A model generated the notes under the pieces. The model was not told the origin of the DNA, made no database searches, and saw nothing but the letters and a program-made list of their open reading frames with translations. This document shows, in pieces, positions 1-8,428 of a DNA stretch of 30,461 nucleotides (position 1 is the stretch's first letter; each line of letters opens with the position of its first letter). The DNA comes from Pseudonocardiaceae bacterium (GTDB taxonomy: Bacteria; Actinomycetota; Actinomycetes; Mycobacteriales; Pseudonocardiaceae). Where the stretch lies: the NCBI GenBank assembly GCA_035273045.1, contig DATEPR010000191.1, positions 1-30,461 on the forward strand, written 5' to 3'. Position numbers and translations under genes: made by a program.

Positions 1-70
1 CGTAGGCGCGGGCGGCGTTGGGCACGGTGACCTCGATGCCGTCCGGCACCCAGTCAGGTAGCTGCTCCAC
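1..70 (-). CDS. SAM-dependent methyltransferase (Methyltransf_19-like), 5' end only; runs off the left window edge
   Basis: GTG at 70 with GAGGA 9 nt upstream. Translates VEQLPDWVPDGIEVTVPNAARAY, nearly identical to the N-terminus of the 205-1011 protein (VTELPDWVPEGIEVTVPNAARIY). Not in the ORF track. Confidence 0.85.
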   Translation of the reverse strand, partial: MEQLPDWVPDGIEVTVPNAARAY

Positions 71-204
71 GCCGTGCTGTCCTCGTCTGTTCGGGTGATG
101 ATCCCGTACAGGCTACTGCCCATCGGGCCGTTCACGTGCCGCTGCCCGTAACAACGCGGTACCGTGATCTTCGCTACGGCCGGACTTGACGAAGTGCCCG
201 ACGG

Positions 205-1011
205 TCATACCTTGCGGGCCACGACGCCGACCACGCCGCGCACCGCGTTGTCCGCCGCGTCGGGCTCCTCGGGGCGCCACGAGTTCACGTCCACCACGCC
301 CGGCGGCACGATCTCCATGCCGGCCAGCATCGCCAGCAACTGCTCCGGGGTGCGCGAGTTCATCGCGGTGCGAGTGCGTTGGTAGAGCTTGAACACCTCG
401 TCCGCCTCCTCGACCCGGTCCTCGACCAGGGCATGGGTCAGGCTGACGTAGCTGCCCCGCACGATGGCCTCCCGGATGGTGGCGAGGATGCCTGGCGGGT
501 CGGCCGAGTCGGGCACGAAGTGCAGCACCGCGTTGAGCAGCACCGCCACCGGCTGGGAGAAGTCCAGCAGCCGGACCACGTCGGGGTGGTAGAGGATCTC
601 CTCGGGCCGCTGCACGTCGGCCTGGATGATGCCGGCGTTCGGGTTGCCGCTGAGGATGACCCGGCTGTGTGCGACCGCGACCGGGTCGATGTCGACGTAC
701 ATCACCTTGGCGTCCGGCCGGACACCCTGCGCCACCTCGTGCACGTTGCCCAGTGTCGGAATGCCCGAGCCGATGTCCAGGAACTGCGTGATGCCGGCCT
801 CGGTCACCAGCCAGCGCACCGACCGGCCGACGAACGCCCGGTTCGCCCGTCCGATGGCCATCGAACCCGGCGCGATGGCCTCCATCTTGTCCACGAACTC
901 CCGGTCCACGGCGAAGTTGTGGTAGCCGCCCAGCAGGTAGTCGTAGATGCGGGCGGCGTTGGGCACGGTGACCTCGATGCCCTCCGGTACCCAGTCGGGA
1001 AGCTCGGTCAC
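205..1011 (-). CDS. SAM-dependent methyltransferase, actinobacterial S-adenosyl methyltransferase family (Methyltransf_19-like), about 268 aa
   Basis: PNAARIYDYLLGG, FLDIGSGIPT, YVDIDPVAVAH and LHFV motifs. Start moved from 1095 to GTG 1011 (AGAGGA SD, matches the paralog start). Confidence 0.9.
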   Translation of the reverse strand: MTELPDWVPEGIEVTVPNAARIYDYLLGGYHNFAVDREFVDKMEAIAPGSMAIGRANRAFVGRSVRWLVTEAGITQFLDIGSGIPTLGNVHEVAQGVRPDAKVMYVDIDPVAVAHSRVILSGNPNAGIIQADVQRPEEILYHPDVVRLLDFSQPVAVLLNAVLHFVPDSADPPGILATIREAIVRGSYVSLTHALVEDRVEEADEVFKLYQRTRTAMNSRTPEQLLAMLAGMEIVPPGVVDVNSWRPEEPDAADNAVRGVVGVVARKV

Positions 1012-1072
1012 GCCGGATTCCTCTGCTCGACGGTGGCGGCGCGCCTGTCCACTCCGCTGCGCCGCCGTAAGG

Positions 1073-2656
1073 CTACTGCGCCGCGGCCTCCTCATGCCGC
1101 CACGACACCAGACGGTGGTCGGCGAACAGCAGCAACTGGTTCACCAAATACCCGATGATCCCCAACACGACGAAACACGCCCACAGGAACGGATAGTCGA
1201 ACGACGTGTTCTCGGCGACGTTGAGCTGGTAGCCGAGGCCGTCGATGGCGCCGCCGATCAGCTCGCTGATCACCATGAGCACCAGCGCCAGGCTCAGGCT
1301 GACCCGCAGGCCGGTGACGATCTTCGGGGCGGCCGCGGGCAGCACCACGGTGAGCGCGTGCCGGACCCGGCTGGTGCGGTAGGCGTGCGAGGTGTCGATC
1401 AGCACCGGCTCGATCGACCGCACACCCTCGATGGTCTGAATCAGGATCGGCCACGCGCAGCCCAGCGCGATCGTGGTGATCTCCAGGCCGGTGCCGAAGT
1501 GCACCCAGATCACCAGCACCGGCATGAGCAGCACCGGCGGGATCGCGCGGATGAACGCGCCCACCGGTTCGACCACGTCGGCCGCCCTGGGCAGCAGCCC
1601 CAGGAGCACGCCCAGCCCCACGCCGCCCACCGCGGCGATGCCCCAGCCGATGCCGATCTTGGCCAGCGAGATCGGGATGTTCTGGCCGAGCGTGGCCAGG
1701 TTCTGCCAGGCCGACCCGGCGATCGTGGTCGGCGTCGGCGCGAACTGGTTGTGCCCGGCCGCCGCGGCCAGTTGCCAGATCACCACGATCAGCACCAGCG
1801 TGCCCCAGCGCTGGGCGAACCGGATCACCCAGCGCCGCGCGCCCGCCTGGCCGGACTCGGGAGCGCCGGACGCGGTGGGGTGCAGCCACGGCAGCCGCTG
1901 CGCCATCACCAGCGCCAGGTTCGCGGCATAGCCGATGATCCCGATGATCACCGTGCCGGCCAGCACGGTCCTGGTGTCACCGACGGCCTGCCCCGCGTTC
2001 CACAGGTAGGCGCCGACACCGCCGGCGATGCCGGTGATCATCCCGGTGGACACGATGATGATGAGTTCCAGCGCCACCGACACGCGGAACCCGATCACCG
2101 CCGCCCGCGCCACCGCGGGCAGCCGCACCCGCGCGCCCACGGCGAACCTGCTCAGGCCGAACACCCGCGCGGTGTCCAGCAGCATCGGATCGGTCTCCCG
2201 CATCGCGCCGACGACGCCGAACAGCACCGGCCACACGCCGGCGAACACGGCCAGCGTGATCGTGGTGACCACGCCGGCGCCGAGCAGCACCGTGCACACC
2301 GGGATCAGCGCGATCGGCGGGATCGGCCGGACGAACTCGATCACCGCGCTGGTCGCCGTGCGCACCCCGGGCAGGCTGCCCAGCAGGATGCCCAGTGGCA
2401 CGGCGATGACGACGGTGATCACCAGCGACAGCAGCCACGTCAGCAGCGTGGCGATCAGCGCCCGCACGAAGTCCGGCTGCCCGACCTGCGCCAGCGCCTG
2501 GTAGTCGGACTGGCCGAGCAGCGAGACCATCCTGGTCGCCACGTCGGTGGGCGGCGGCAGCAGGAACGTGTCGACGAGACCGGCCTGGCTGACGATCTCC
2601 CACACCAGGAAGAGGCCAACCAGGCCGGCGACGCCGCGGACGAGGCGGCTGTTCAT
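1073..2656 (-). CDS. ABC transporter permease with two fused BPD_transp_1 domains (SsuC/NitT/TauT type)
   Basis: Two repeats of the hydrophobic module: RPIPPIALIP...DTARVFGLSR and RAIPPVLLMP...DTSHAYRTSR (EAA-loop regions). 527 aa. Confidence 0.9.
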   Translation of the reverse strand: MNSRLVRGVAGLVGLFLVWEIVSQAGLVDTFLLPPPTDVATRMVSLLGQSDYQALAQVGQPDFVRALIATLLTWLLSLVITVVIAVPLGILLGSLPGVRTATSAVIEFVRPIPPIALIPVCTVLLGAGVVTTITLAVFAGVWPVLFGVVGAMRETDPMLLDTARVFGLSRFAVGARVRLPAVARAAVIGFRVSVALELIIIVSTGMITGIAGGVGAYLWNAGQAVGDTRTVLAGTVIIGIIGYAANLALVMAQRLPWLHPTASGAPESGQAGARRWVIRFAQRWGTLVLIVVIWQLAAAAGHNQFAPTPTTIAGSAWQNLATLGQNIPISLAKIGIGWGIAAVGGVGLGVLLGLLPRAADVVEPVGAFIRAIPPVLLMPVLVIWVHFGTGLEITTIALGCAWPILIQTIEGVRSIEPVLIDTSHAYRTSRVRHALTVVLPAAAPKIVTGLRVSLSLALVLMVISELIGGAIDGLGYQLNVAENTSFDYPFLWACFVVLGIIGYLVNQLLLFADHRLVSWRHEEAAAQ

Positions 2657-2668
2657 CTGATCCGGTGC

Positions 2669-3706
2669 CTAGCCGTTCAGGCCGGAGAACGGCGCCAGGA
2701 TCTGCCGGACGTCGAAGTGCTGGTTGATGTAACCGGCCTTCTGCATCAGGTCGGCGACCCGCTGGATCCGGGCCGGGTCCAGGTCGGGCGGGAAGCCGGG
2801 CAGCGCCATGACGTCCAGCACCTGCTGGGACAGTGACGGCAGGTGCCGGTGGACCGCCTGCTCGACGGTGTTCCGGTTGTTCGTCGCGGCCGCGGCCCTG
2901 GCCATCGCCTTCTGGAACGCGGCGAGGGTCTTCGGGTCGCTCTGCACGAACTTGTCGGTGGAGAAGTAGCCGGCGTTCGGGATGTTGGCCTCGGCGCTGC
3001 CCTGCGGGAACAGGTCGACCACCGGACGGGCACCCAGCGCCTGCGCGGCCTCCGTGGTGTACGGCTCACTGGTCACCGTGGCGTCCACGCTGTGGCTCTT
3101 CAGCGCCGTCTCGCTCTGCGCGTACGGGACGGTGATGAAGTGCACGCTGTTCGGGTCGACGTTCACCGCGGCCAGGCTCTGCTTCAGCGTCGCGGTGATG
3201 CCGTCCTTGAGGGAGCTGACGCCGATCTTCTTGTTCTTGATGTCGGCCAGCTTGGTGATGCCGGAGCCGGGCAGGGCCGAGATCACGAAGGTGTTCGGGG
3301 CGCTGCTCGGGCCGTCGAACACCAGCTTCAGCGGCTGGCCCTTGATCTTGGCCGTGATGCCGCTGACGTCGTTGGCCAGCGTGATGTCCAGCGCGCCGCC
3401 CTCCAACTGGCTGAGCGCCTGGCCACCGTTGGAGGTGGTGACGATCTGGACGTTCAGGCCGGCCTGGTTGAAGAAGCCCTTGTCCTCGGCGATGTACAGC
3501 ACCGCGGAGGACGAACCGGCGATCGCGCCGACCTTGAGCGTGGGCTTCTCCAGGCCCACGTTCGGCGCCACTGTGGAGGGAGAGGGATTGCTGCCGGAAA
3601 GGGCGCTGCAGGACGCCGTCAGCACCAGCGCGCACATCGCGGTTGCACCGAGGGCGACTCGACCTGTTAACCGGCCGGAGCGGGCCTCGCGGACACGCCA
3701 CACCAT
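2669..3706 (-). CDS. ABC transporter substrate-binding lipoprotein (SsuA/NMT1/TauA-like)
   Basis: Lipobox-like LTASC; AEDKGFFNQAGLNV; SEPYTT; 12 nt upstream of the permease; AAAGGA SD. Confidence 0.88.
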   Translation of the reverse strand: MVWRVREARSGRLTGRVALGATAMCALVLTASCSALSGSNPSPSTVAPNVGLEKPTLKVGAIAGSSSAVLYIAEDKGFFNQAGLNVQIVTTSNGGQALSQLEGGALDITLANDVSGITAKIKGQPLKLVFDGPSSAPNTFVISALPGSGITKLADIKNKKIGVSSLKDGITATLKQSLAAVNVDPNSVHFITVPYAQSETALKSHSVDATVTSEPYTTEAAQALGARPVVDLFPQGSAEANIPNAGYFSTDKFVQSDPKTLAAFQKAMARAAAATNNRNTVEQAVHRHLPSLSQQVLDVMALPGFPPDLDPARIQRVADLMQKAGYINQHFDVRQILAPFSGLNG

Positions 3707-4120
3707 AGCTAGTTGTTTCCTTTGCCGTGAAGGACACGCGATACGGGATCACGTTGGACGGGGCATTCGGGGACTTGCGAAAACGCGGGCGGGGTGGGAC
3801 TCATTTCCGGGAATGCCGTCGCGCGCCCGGACGCCGGCATTCCGGCCGCACAGCGGACCCGGGTGGGCACCCGGGTGTCGACGGGACGGCGTGTGCCCAC
3901 GGGGCCGGGCACGGCACGCCGGCGGAACGGGATCGGACGGTTCACGGAACGCGATGCACCTTTACTGCGAGTGATGTCGGGGTCAGTCTGGTAACCCGTC
4001 GCAGCTCACGGGCTCGGGACGATACGCTGCGCGAGCCGCCCGGGTCACGGGCGGACATGCTAGTTGGTGCCGTGTCACGTCGATGTGGGCACACGGCGTC
4101 GGGACCACTCGCGAGGGGTG

Positions 4121-4134
4121 AAGTGTCGACACTT
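4121..4134. promoter_or_regulatory. Perfect 14-bp palindrome AAGTGTCGACACTT, candidate operator (core GTGTCGACAC repeated at 4251-4260)
   Basis: Read directly from sequence in the divergent SBP/DinB intergenic region. Cognate regulator unknown. Confidence 0.45.
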
Positions 4135-4387
4135 GGCCGGGTTCGGCGGCCGTGGCGACGCCCGTCGGCACTCGCCCCGGTGGGGCAATTAATGCCTGGC
4201 CGGAAAATCCGTGGTGCCGACTCGCGATCACGCGCGACAGAATGTCACGGGTGTCGACACTGTGTCAAACCCCTGGCCAGGCGTTTTCCGGCGTGAGGCA
4301 CGTCGACAGGCACCCGAATAGTCGGCCCACCGGCATATCCTCGCCGGTGCCGTATCCACAGTTGACCGGACAGCGGAGGCGCAGTCG

Positions 4388-4900
4388 ATGACCAGCACGG
4401 ACGTACTGATTGACGGGTTCGGCCGGGTTCGCGGGTCGGTCCACGCGGCGGTGGACGGGTTGACCCCGGACGAGCTCACCTACCGGGTGGACGCCGAGGC
4501 CAACTCGATCGCCTGGCTGGTCTGGCACCTGACCCGGGTGCAGGACGACCATGTCGCCGACGTCGCCGGGCTGGAACAGGTGTGGACGGCGAAGGGCTGG
4601 GTGGACCGGTTCGGCCTGCCGTTCGACCGGCTCGACACCGGCTACGGCCACAACTCCGACGACGTGGCCGCGGTGCGCGTCGAGTCCGGGGAACTGCTCA
4701 CCGCCTACCACGACGCCGTGCACCAGCAGACCGTCGACTACGTCAGCGGCCTGACCGACGCCGACCTGCCGCGGATCGTCGACGAGGGCTGGGACCCGCC
4801 GGTCACGCTCGGGGTGCGGCTGGTCAGCGTCATCGACGACGACCTGGAGCACGTCGGCCAGGCGGCTTTCGTCCGCGGAATCGTGTTGCGCCGCCGGTAG
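4388..4900 (+). CDS. DinB-superfamily protein, mycothiol S-transferase-like (DUF664)
   Basis: NSIAWLVWHLTRVQDDH and DDDLEHVGQAAFVRG metal-binding motifs typical of actinobacterial MSTs; GGAGG SD. Confidence 0.85.
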   Translation: MTSTDVLIDGFGRVRGSVHAAVDGLTPDELTYRVDAEANSIAWLVWHLTRVQDDHVADVAGLEQVWTAKGWVDRFGLPFDRLDTGYGHNSDDVAAVRVESGELLTAYHDAVHQQTVDYVSGLTDADLPRIVDEGWDPPVTLGVRLVSVIDDDLEHVGQAAFVRGIVLRRR

Positions 4901-4942
4901 GCTGGAACGATCTGACCAGCCGATATCCGAGGACATCCCGCC

Positions 4943-7912
4943 GTGCTCACCATGCAGGACGCGCTGCTCGCGCTGACCGCCTACTGGACCGAACGGGGCT
5001 GCCTGGTCGTGCAGCCGGTCAACACGGAGGTCGGCGCCGGTACCCAGAACCCGGCCACCGCGCTGCGCGTGCTGGGTCCGGAGCCGTGGCACGTGTCCTA
5101 CGTCGAGCCCAGCGTCCGCCCGGACGACGCCCGCTACGGCGAGAACCCCAACCGGTTGCAGACCCACACCCAGTTCCAGGTGATCCTCAAGCCGGACCCC
5201 GGTGACCCGCAGGAGCTGTACCTGGGCAGCCTGTCCGCGCTGGGCATCGACGTGCGCGCGCACGACGTCCGGTTCGTCGAGGACAACTGGGCGTGGCCGG
5301 CGTTCGGCGCGTGGGGCCTGGGCTGGGAGGTGTGGCTGGACGGGCTGGAGATCACCCAGTTCACTTACTTCCAGCAGGTCGGCGGCCAGACGCTGGACCC
5401 GGTGTCGGTGGAGATCACCTACGGCGTCGAGCGGATCATGATGGCACTGCAGGGTGTCGACCACTTCGCCAAGATCGCCTACGCGCCCGGCATCTCCTAC
5501 GGCGAGGCGTTCGGCCAGGCCGAGTACGAGCTGAGCCGGTACTACCTGGACGACGCCGACGTGGACACCAACCGGCGGCTGTTCGACGACTACGCCGCCG
5601 AGGCCGACCGCATGATCGCCGCACGGCTGCCGGTGCCGGCGCACTACTTCGTCCTCAAGTGTTCCCACACGTTCAACGTGCTGGACGCCCGCGGCGCGGT
5701 GTCCACAACGGAGCGGGCCAGGGCGTTCGGCCGGATGCGCCGGCAGGCCCGCGAGGTGACCCGGCTGTGGCAGGAGCGGCGCGCCGAACTCGGCCACCCG
5801 CTCGGCGTGCACCGGCCGCCGGCACCGGCCCAACTGCCCGCCGCGCCGCCCGAGGTCACCGAACCGGCCACGTTGCTGTTCGAGATCGGCACCGAGGAAC
5901 TGCCGGCCGCCGAGGTCACCGCCGCCGCGGCCAGGGTGCGCGACGCCGTGACCGCGAAGCTCGCCGCCACCCGCCTCGGCCACGGCACGGTCACCGCCCA
6001 CGCCACGCCCCGCCGCATCGTCACCGTCGTCGACGCCGTGCGACCCAGGGAACCGGACGCCGAACGGACCGTCCGCGGCCCCCGGATCGCCGCCGCCTAC
6101 GACACCGACGGCAACCCGACCCGCGCCGCCACCGGTTTCGCCCGCGGCCAGGGCGTCGACGTCGCCGACCTGCGCCGGGTCGGCGACAACGTCGTCGCGG
6201 TCCGCACCGACGCCGGACGCGGTGCCGTCGAGGTGCTGTCCGGCGTGCTCGGCGAGGTGGTCGCGGAACTGCGCTCGGACCGGAACATGCGGTGGAACGA
6301 CCCAGCGCTGTCGTTCGTCCGGCCGGTCCGGTGGCTGGTCGCGCTGCTCGGCGAGACCGAGGTGCCGATCGCGGTGTCCGCCCTGGCCGGCGGCCGGACC
6401 ACCAGGGTGCACCGCACGGCCGGCCAGCCGACCGTCGAGGTGCCGTCGGCCGACGGCTACGCCGACTTCCTCGCCGCCCACGACATCGTCCTGGACGTGG
6501 CGACGCGGCGGGCCAGGATCGTGGCGGCGGCCGGCGAACTGGCCGCCGGCGTCGGTGGCGTGATCGACGTGACCGGCGAGGCCGCGCTGCTGGACGAGAT
6601 CGCCAATCTCGTCGAGTCGCCGACGGCGATCCTCGGCTCGTTCGCCGAGCGGTACCTGGAGCTGCCGCCGGAGATCCTGGTCACGGTGATGCGCAAGCAC
6701 CAGCGGTACCTGCCGGTGCGGGACCGGGAGGGTGCGCTGCTGCCGTACTTCGTGACGGCGGCGAACGGCTCGTGCGACGTCGACGTGGTGCGGGCCGGCA
6801 ACGAGGCGGTGTTGCGGGCGCGCTACGAGGACGCGGCCTTCTTCTGGCGCGCAGACCTGCGCACCGACCTGGCGACCATGAAGGCCGGCCTGGCCCGGCT
6901 CGCGTTCGCCGAGGGCCTGGGCTCAATGGCCGACCGGGCCGACCGCATCGCGGACGCCGCCATGGCGCTGGCCGACGACCAGCCCTCAGCGGTTCGCGCG
7001 ACCCTGGCCAGGGCGGCCGCGTTGGCCAAGTTCGATCTCGGCTCGCGGATGGTGGTCGAGCTGACGTCGTTGGCCGGGACGATGGCCAGGGAGTACGCGC
7101 TGCGGGCGGGTGAGTCGGCCGAGGTGGCGACGGCGCTGTACGAGATGGAACGGCCCAGGTCGGCGGGTGACGAGCTGCCGGCGACCGCGCCGGGCGCGTT
7201 GCTGTCCTTGGCCGACCGGTTCGACCTGCTGGCCGGGTTGTTCGCCACGGGCGCGACGCCGTCGGGCAGTTCGGACCCGTTCGGCCTGCGGCGGGCGGCG
7301 CTGAGTGCGGTGGCGGTGCTGCGGGCGGTGCCTGCCGTGCGGGGCGTGACGTTGACCAGCGGTCTCGCCGCCGCGGCCGATCGGTTGCGGGCGCAGGGCG
7401 TCGAGGTGTCGGAGTCGGCGCTGGCGGAGGCACGGGAGTTCGCGGTGCGGCGGTACGAACAGCAGTTGCTGGACGCCGGTCACGACCACAGCATGGTGGC
7501 CGCCGTGCTGCCGCTCGCCGACTCGCCCGCGTCCGCGGACGAGGCACTGGCCGAAGTGGAGCGGCGCTCCGGCGAGGCGGGATTCGCTGAGGTGGTGGCG
7601 GCGCTGCAACGGGTCCGCCGGATCGTGCCGGCCGACTCGGTGGCCGAGTACGACGCGGCTGTGCTGACGTCACCGGCTGAGGTGGGGTTGCTCGGCGCGG
7701 TGGAGAAGGTCCGCCCGGAGTGGGAGGGACGGCCGGCGCTGTCGTCGTTCGTGGACACGGCGGCGACGCTGGTGGGACCGATCAACGCCTTCTTCGACGG
7801 GGTCCTCGTGATGGCAGAGGAACCGGCGGTCCGGGCCGCCCGCTTGGGCCTGCTGGCCACCATCCGGGACGCGGCCGACCAGGTCCTGAACTGGCAGCCG
7901 CTGGGCACATGA
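4943..7912 (+). CDS. glyQS: Glycine--tRNA ligase, fused alpha+beta chain
   Basis: GlyQ motifs AGTxNPAT, RYGENPNRLQ, EDNW...GAWGLGWEVWLDGLEITQFTYFQQ, LKCSHTFNVLDARG. GlyS-beta motifs LLFEIGTEELP, TPRR, FxRPVRWL, GSSDPFGLRR and a C-terminal DALR-like FFDGVLVM. Confidence 0.96.
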   Translation: MLTMQDALLALTAYWTERGCLVVQPVNTEVGAGTQNPATALRVLGPEPWHVSYVEPSVRPDDARYGENPNRLQTHTQFQVILKPDPGDPQELYLGSLSALGIDVRAHDVRFVEDNWAWPAFGAWGLGWEVWLDGLEITQFTYFQQVGGQTLDPVSVEITYGVERIMMALQGVDHFAKIAYAPGISYGEAFGQAEYELSRYYLDDADVDTNRRLFDDYAAEADRMIAARLPVPAHYFVLKCSHTFNVLDARGAVSTTERARAFGRMRRQAREVTRLWQERRAELGHPLGVHRPPAPAQLPAAPPEVTEPATLLFEIGTEELPAAEVTAAAARVRDAVTAKLAATRLGHGTVTAHATPRRIVTVVDAVRPREPDAERTVRGPRIAAAYDTDGNPTRAATGFARGQGVDVADLRRVGDNVVAVRTDAGRGAVEVLSGVLGEVVAELRSDRNMRWNDPALSFVRPVRWLVALLGETEVPIAVSALAGGRTTRVHRTAGQPTVEVPSADGYADFLAAHDIVLDVATRRARIVAAAGELAAGVGGVIDVTGEAALLDEIANLVESPTAILGSFAERYLELPPEILVTVMRKHQRYLPVRDREGALLPYFVTAANGSCDVDVVRAGNEAVLRARYEDAAFFWRADLRTDLATMKAGLARLAFAEGLGSMADRADRIADAAMALADDQPSAVRATLARAAALAKFDLGSRMVVELTSLAGTMAREYALRAGESAEVATALYEMERPRSAGDELPATAPGALLSLADRFDLLAGLFATGATPSGSSDPFGLRRAALSAVAVLRAVPAVRGVTLTSGLAAAADRLRAQGVEVSESALAEAREFAVRRYEQQLLDAGHDHSMVAAVLPLADSPASADEALAEVERRSGEAGFAEVVAALQRVRRIVPADSVAEYDAAVLTSPAEVGLLGAVEKVRPEWEGRPALSSFVDTAATLVGPINAFFDGVLVMAEEPAVRAARLGLLATIRDAADQVLNWQPLGT

Positions 7913-8055
7913 GCGGCAGCGGGAAGGCGTTCGGCGGCGGGGAGGCGTTCGGCGGCGGGGAGGCGTTTGGCGGCGGGAAGGCGTTTGGCGGCGCGGTGTC
8001 GCGCGGCTCCGGTTCGCTGGTCACCATCCGGCACGTGGCCGACCGGGGCGCGTGA
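7909..8055 (+). CDS. Putative 48-aa Gly-rich small protein MSGSGKAFGGGEAFGGGEAFGGGKAFGGAVSRGSGSLVTIRHVADRGA
   Basis: ATG overlaps the glyQS stop (ATGA); 45 of 48 codons end in G/C. Could equally be a non-coding repeat. Confidence 0.3.
   Translation: MSGSGKAFGGGEAFGGGEAFGGGKAFGGAVSRGSGSLVTIRHVADRGA
7915..7993 (+). repeat. 18-bp tandem repeat GGCRGCGGGRAGGCGTTY, 4 full copies plus a partial
   Basis: Units at 7915-7932, 7933-7950, 7951-7968, 7969-7986, partial at 7987-7993. Confidence 0.95.
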
Positions 8056-8360
8056 GCGGGCGCGGGTATGCAGGTTGGCGGTGCGCGGCTGCGGTTGCTG
8101 ACCAGGCTCTGGGATGTGGCTGACCGGGCGCTGGTATGCGGTTTGGCGGTGTGCGGCTGTGGGTTGCTGGCCAGCGTCCGGGATGTGGCCAACCAGTGGG
8201 CGTGGGTGCGCGAGCGGCGGCGGGTAAGCCGTCTGGCGGGCGGTGTCGGGCGGCTGCGGTTGCTGGCCAGCGTCCGGGACGTGGGCCGACCGGGTGGTGG
8301 GTGGAGCGTTTGGCGGTGGGGGCGCGGCTTGTCACCGTCCGGATGTGGCCGGTTGGCGGG
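7981..8360 (+). repeat. Five degenerate direct repeats of about 70-90 bp, core TTGGCGG...GCGGCTGCGGTTGCTGGCCAGCGTCCGGGAYGTGGCCRACCGG
   Basis: Best-conserved cores GTTGCTGGCCAGCGTCCGGGAYGTGG at 8163-8188 and 8259-8284; weaker copies near 8014-8046, 8093-8127 and 8328-8351. Confidence 0.75.
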
Positions 8361-8428
8361 GGCTTGGTGCGTTGGCGGGTGCGGGTAAACCGTTCGGCGA
8401 TGTGGTGTCGTACGGCTACATTCCGGTT

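Noticed and set aside
3707-3960. TPP riboswitch upstream of the NMT1/SsuA-like binding protein
   Set aside because: I could not find the conserved CTGAGA and CTGAT...AATGC...AGGGA elements on the minus strand; only generic hairpins.
4901-4942. T-box or glycine riboswitch ahead of glyQS
   Set aside because: Only 42 nt separate it from the upstream CDS; just a 5-bp stem (GCTGG/CCAGC) and an SD are present.
7915-8360. Possible CRISPR array
   Set aside because: The 18-bp units are contiguous with no spacers, the longer units are too degenerate and uneven, and there are no cas genes in the window.
8068-8388. 106-aa ORF with repeated RLRLLASVRDV
   Set aside because: It is a translation of the degenerate repeats; frame coherence breaks between copies, there is no SD, and many codons end in T.
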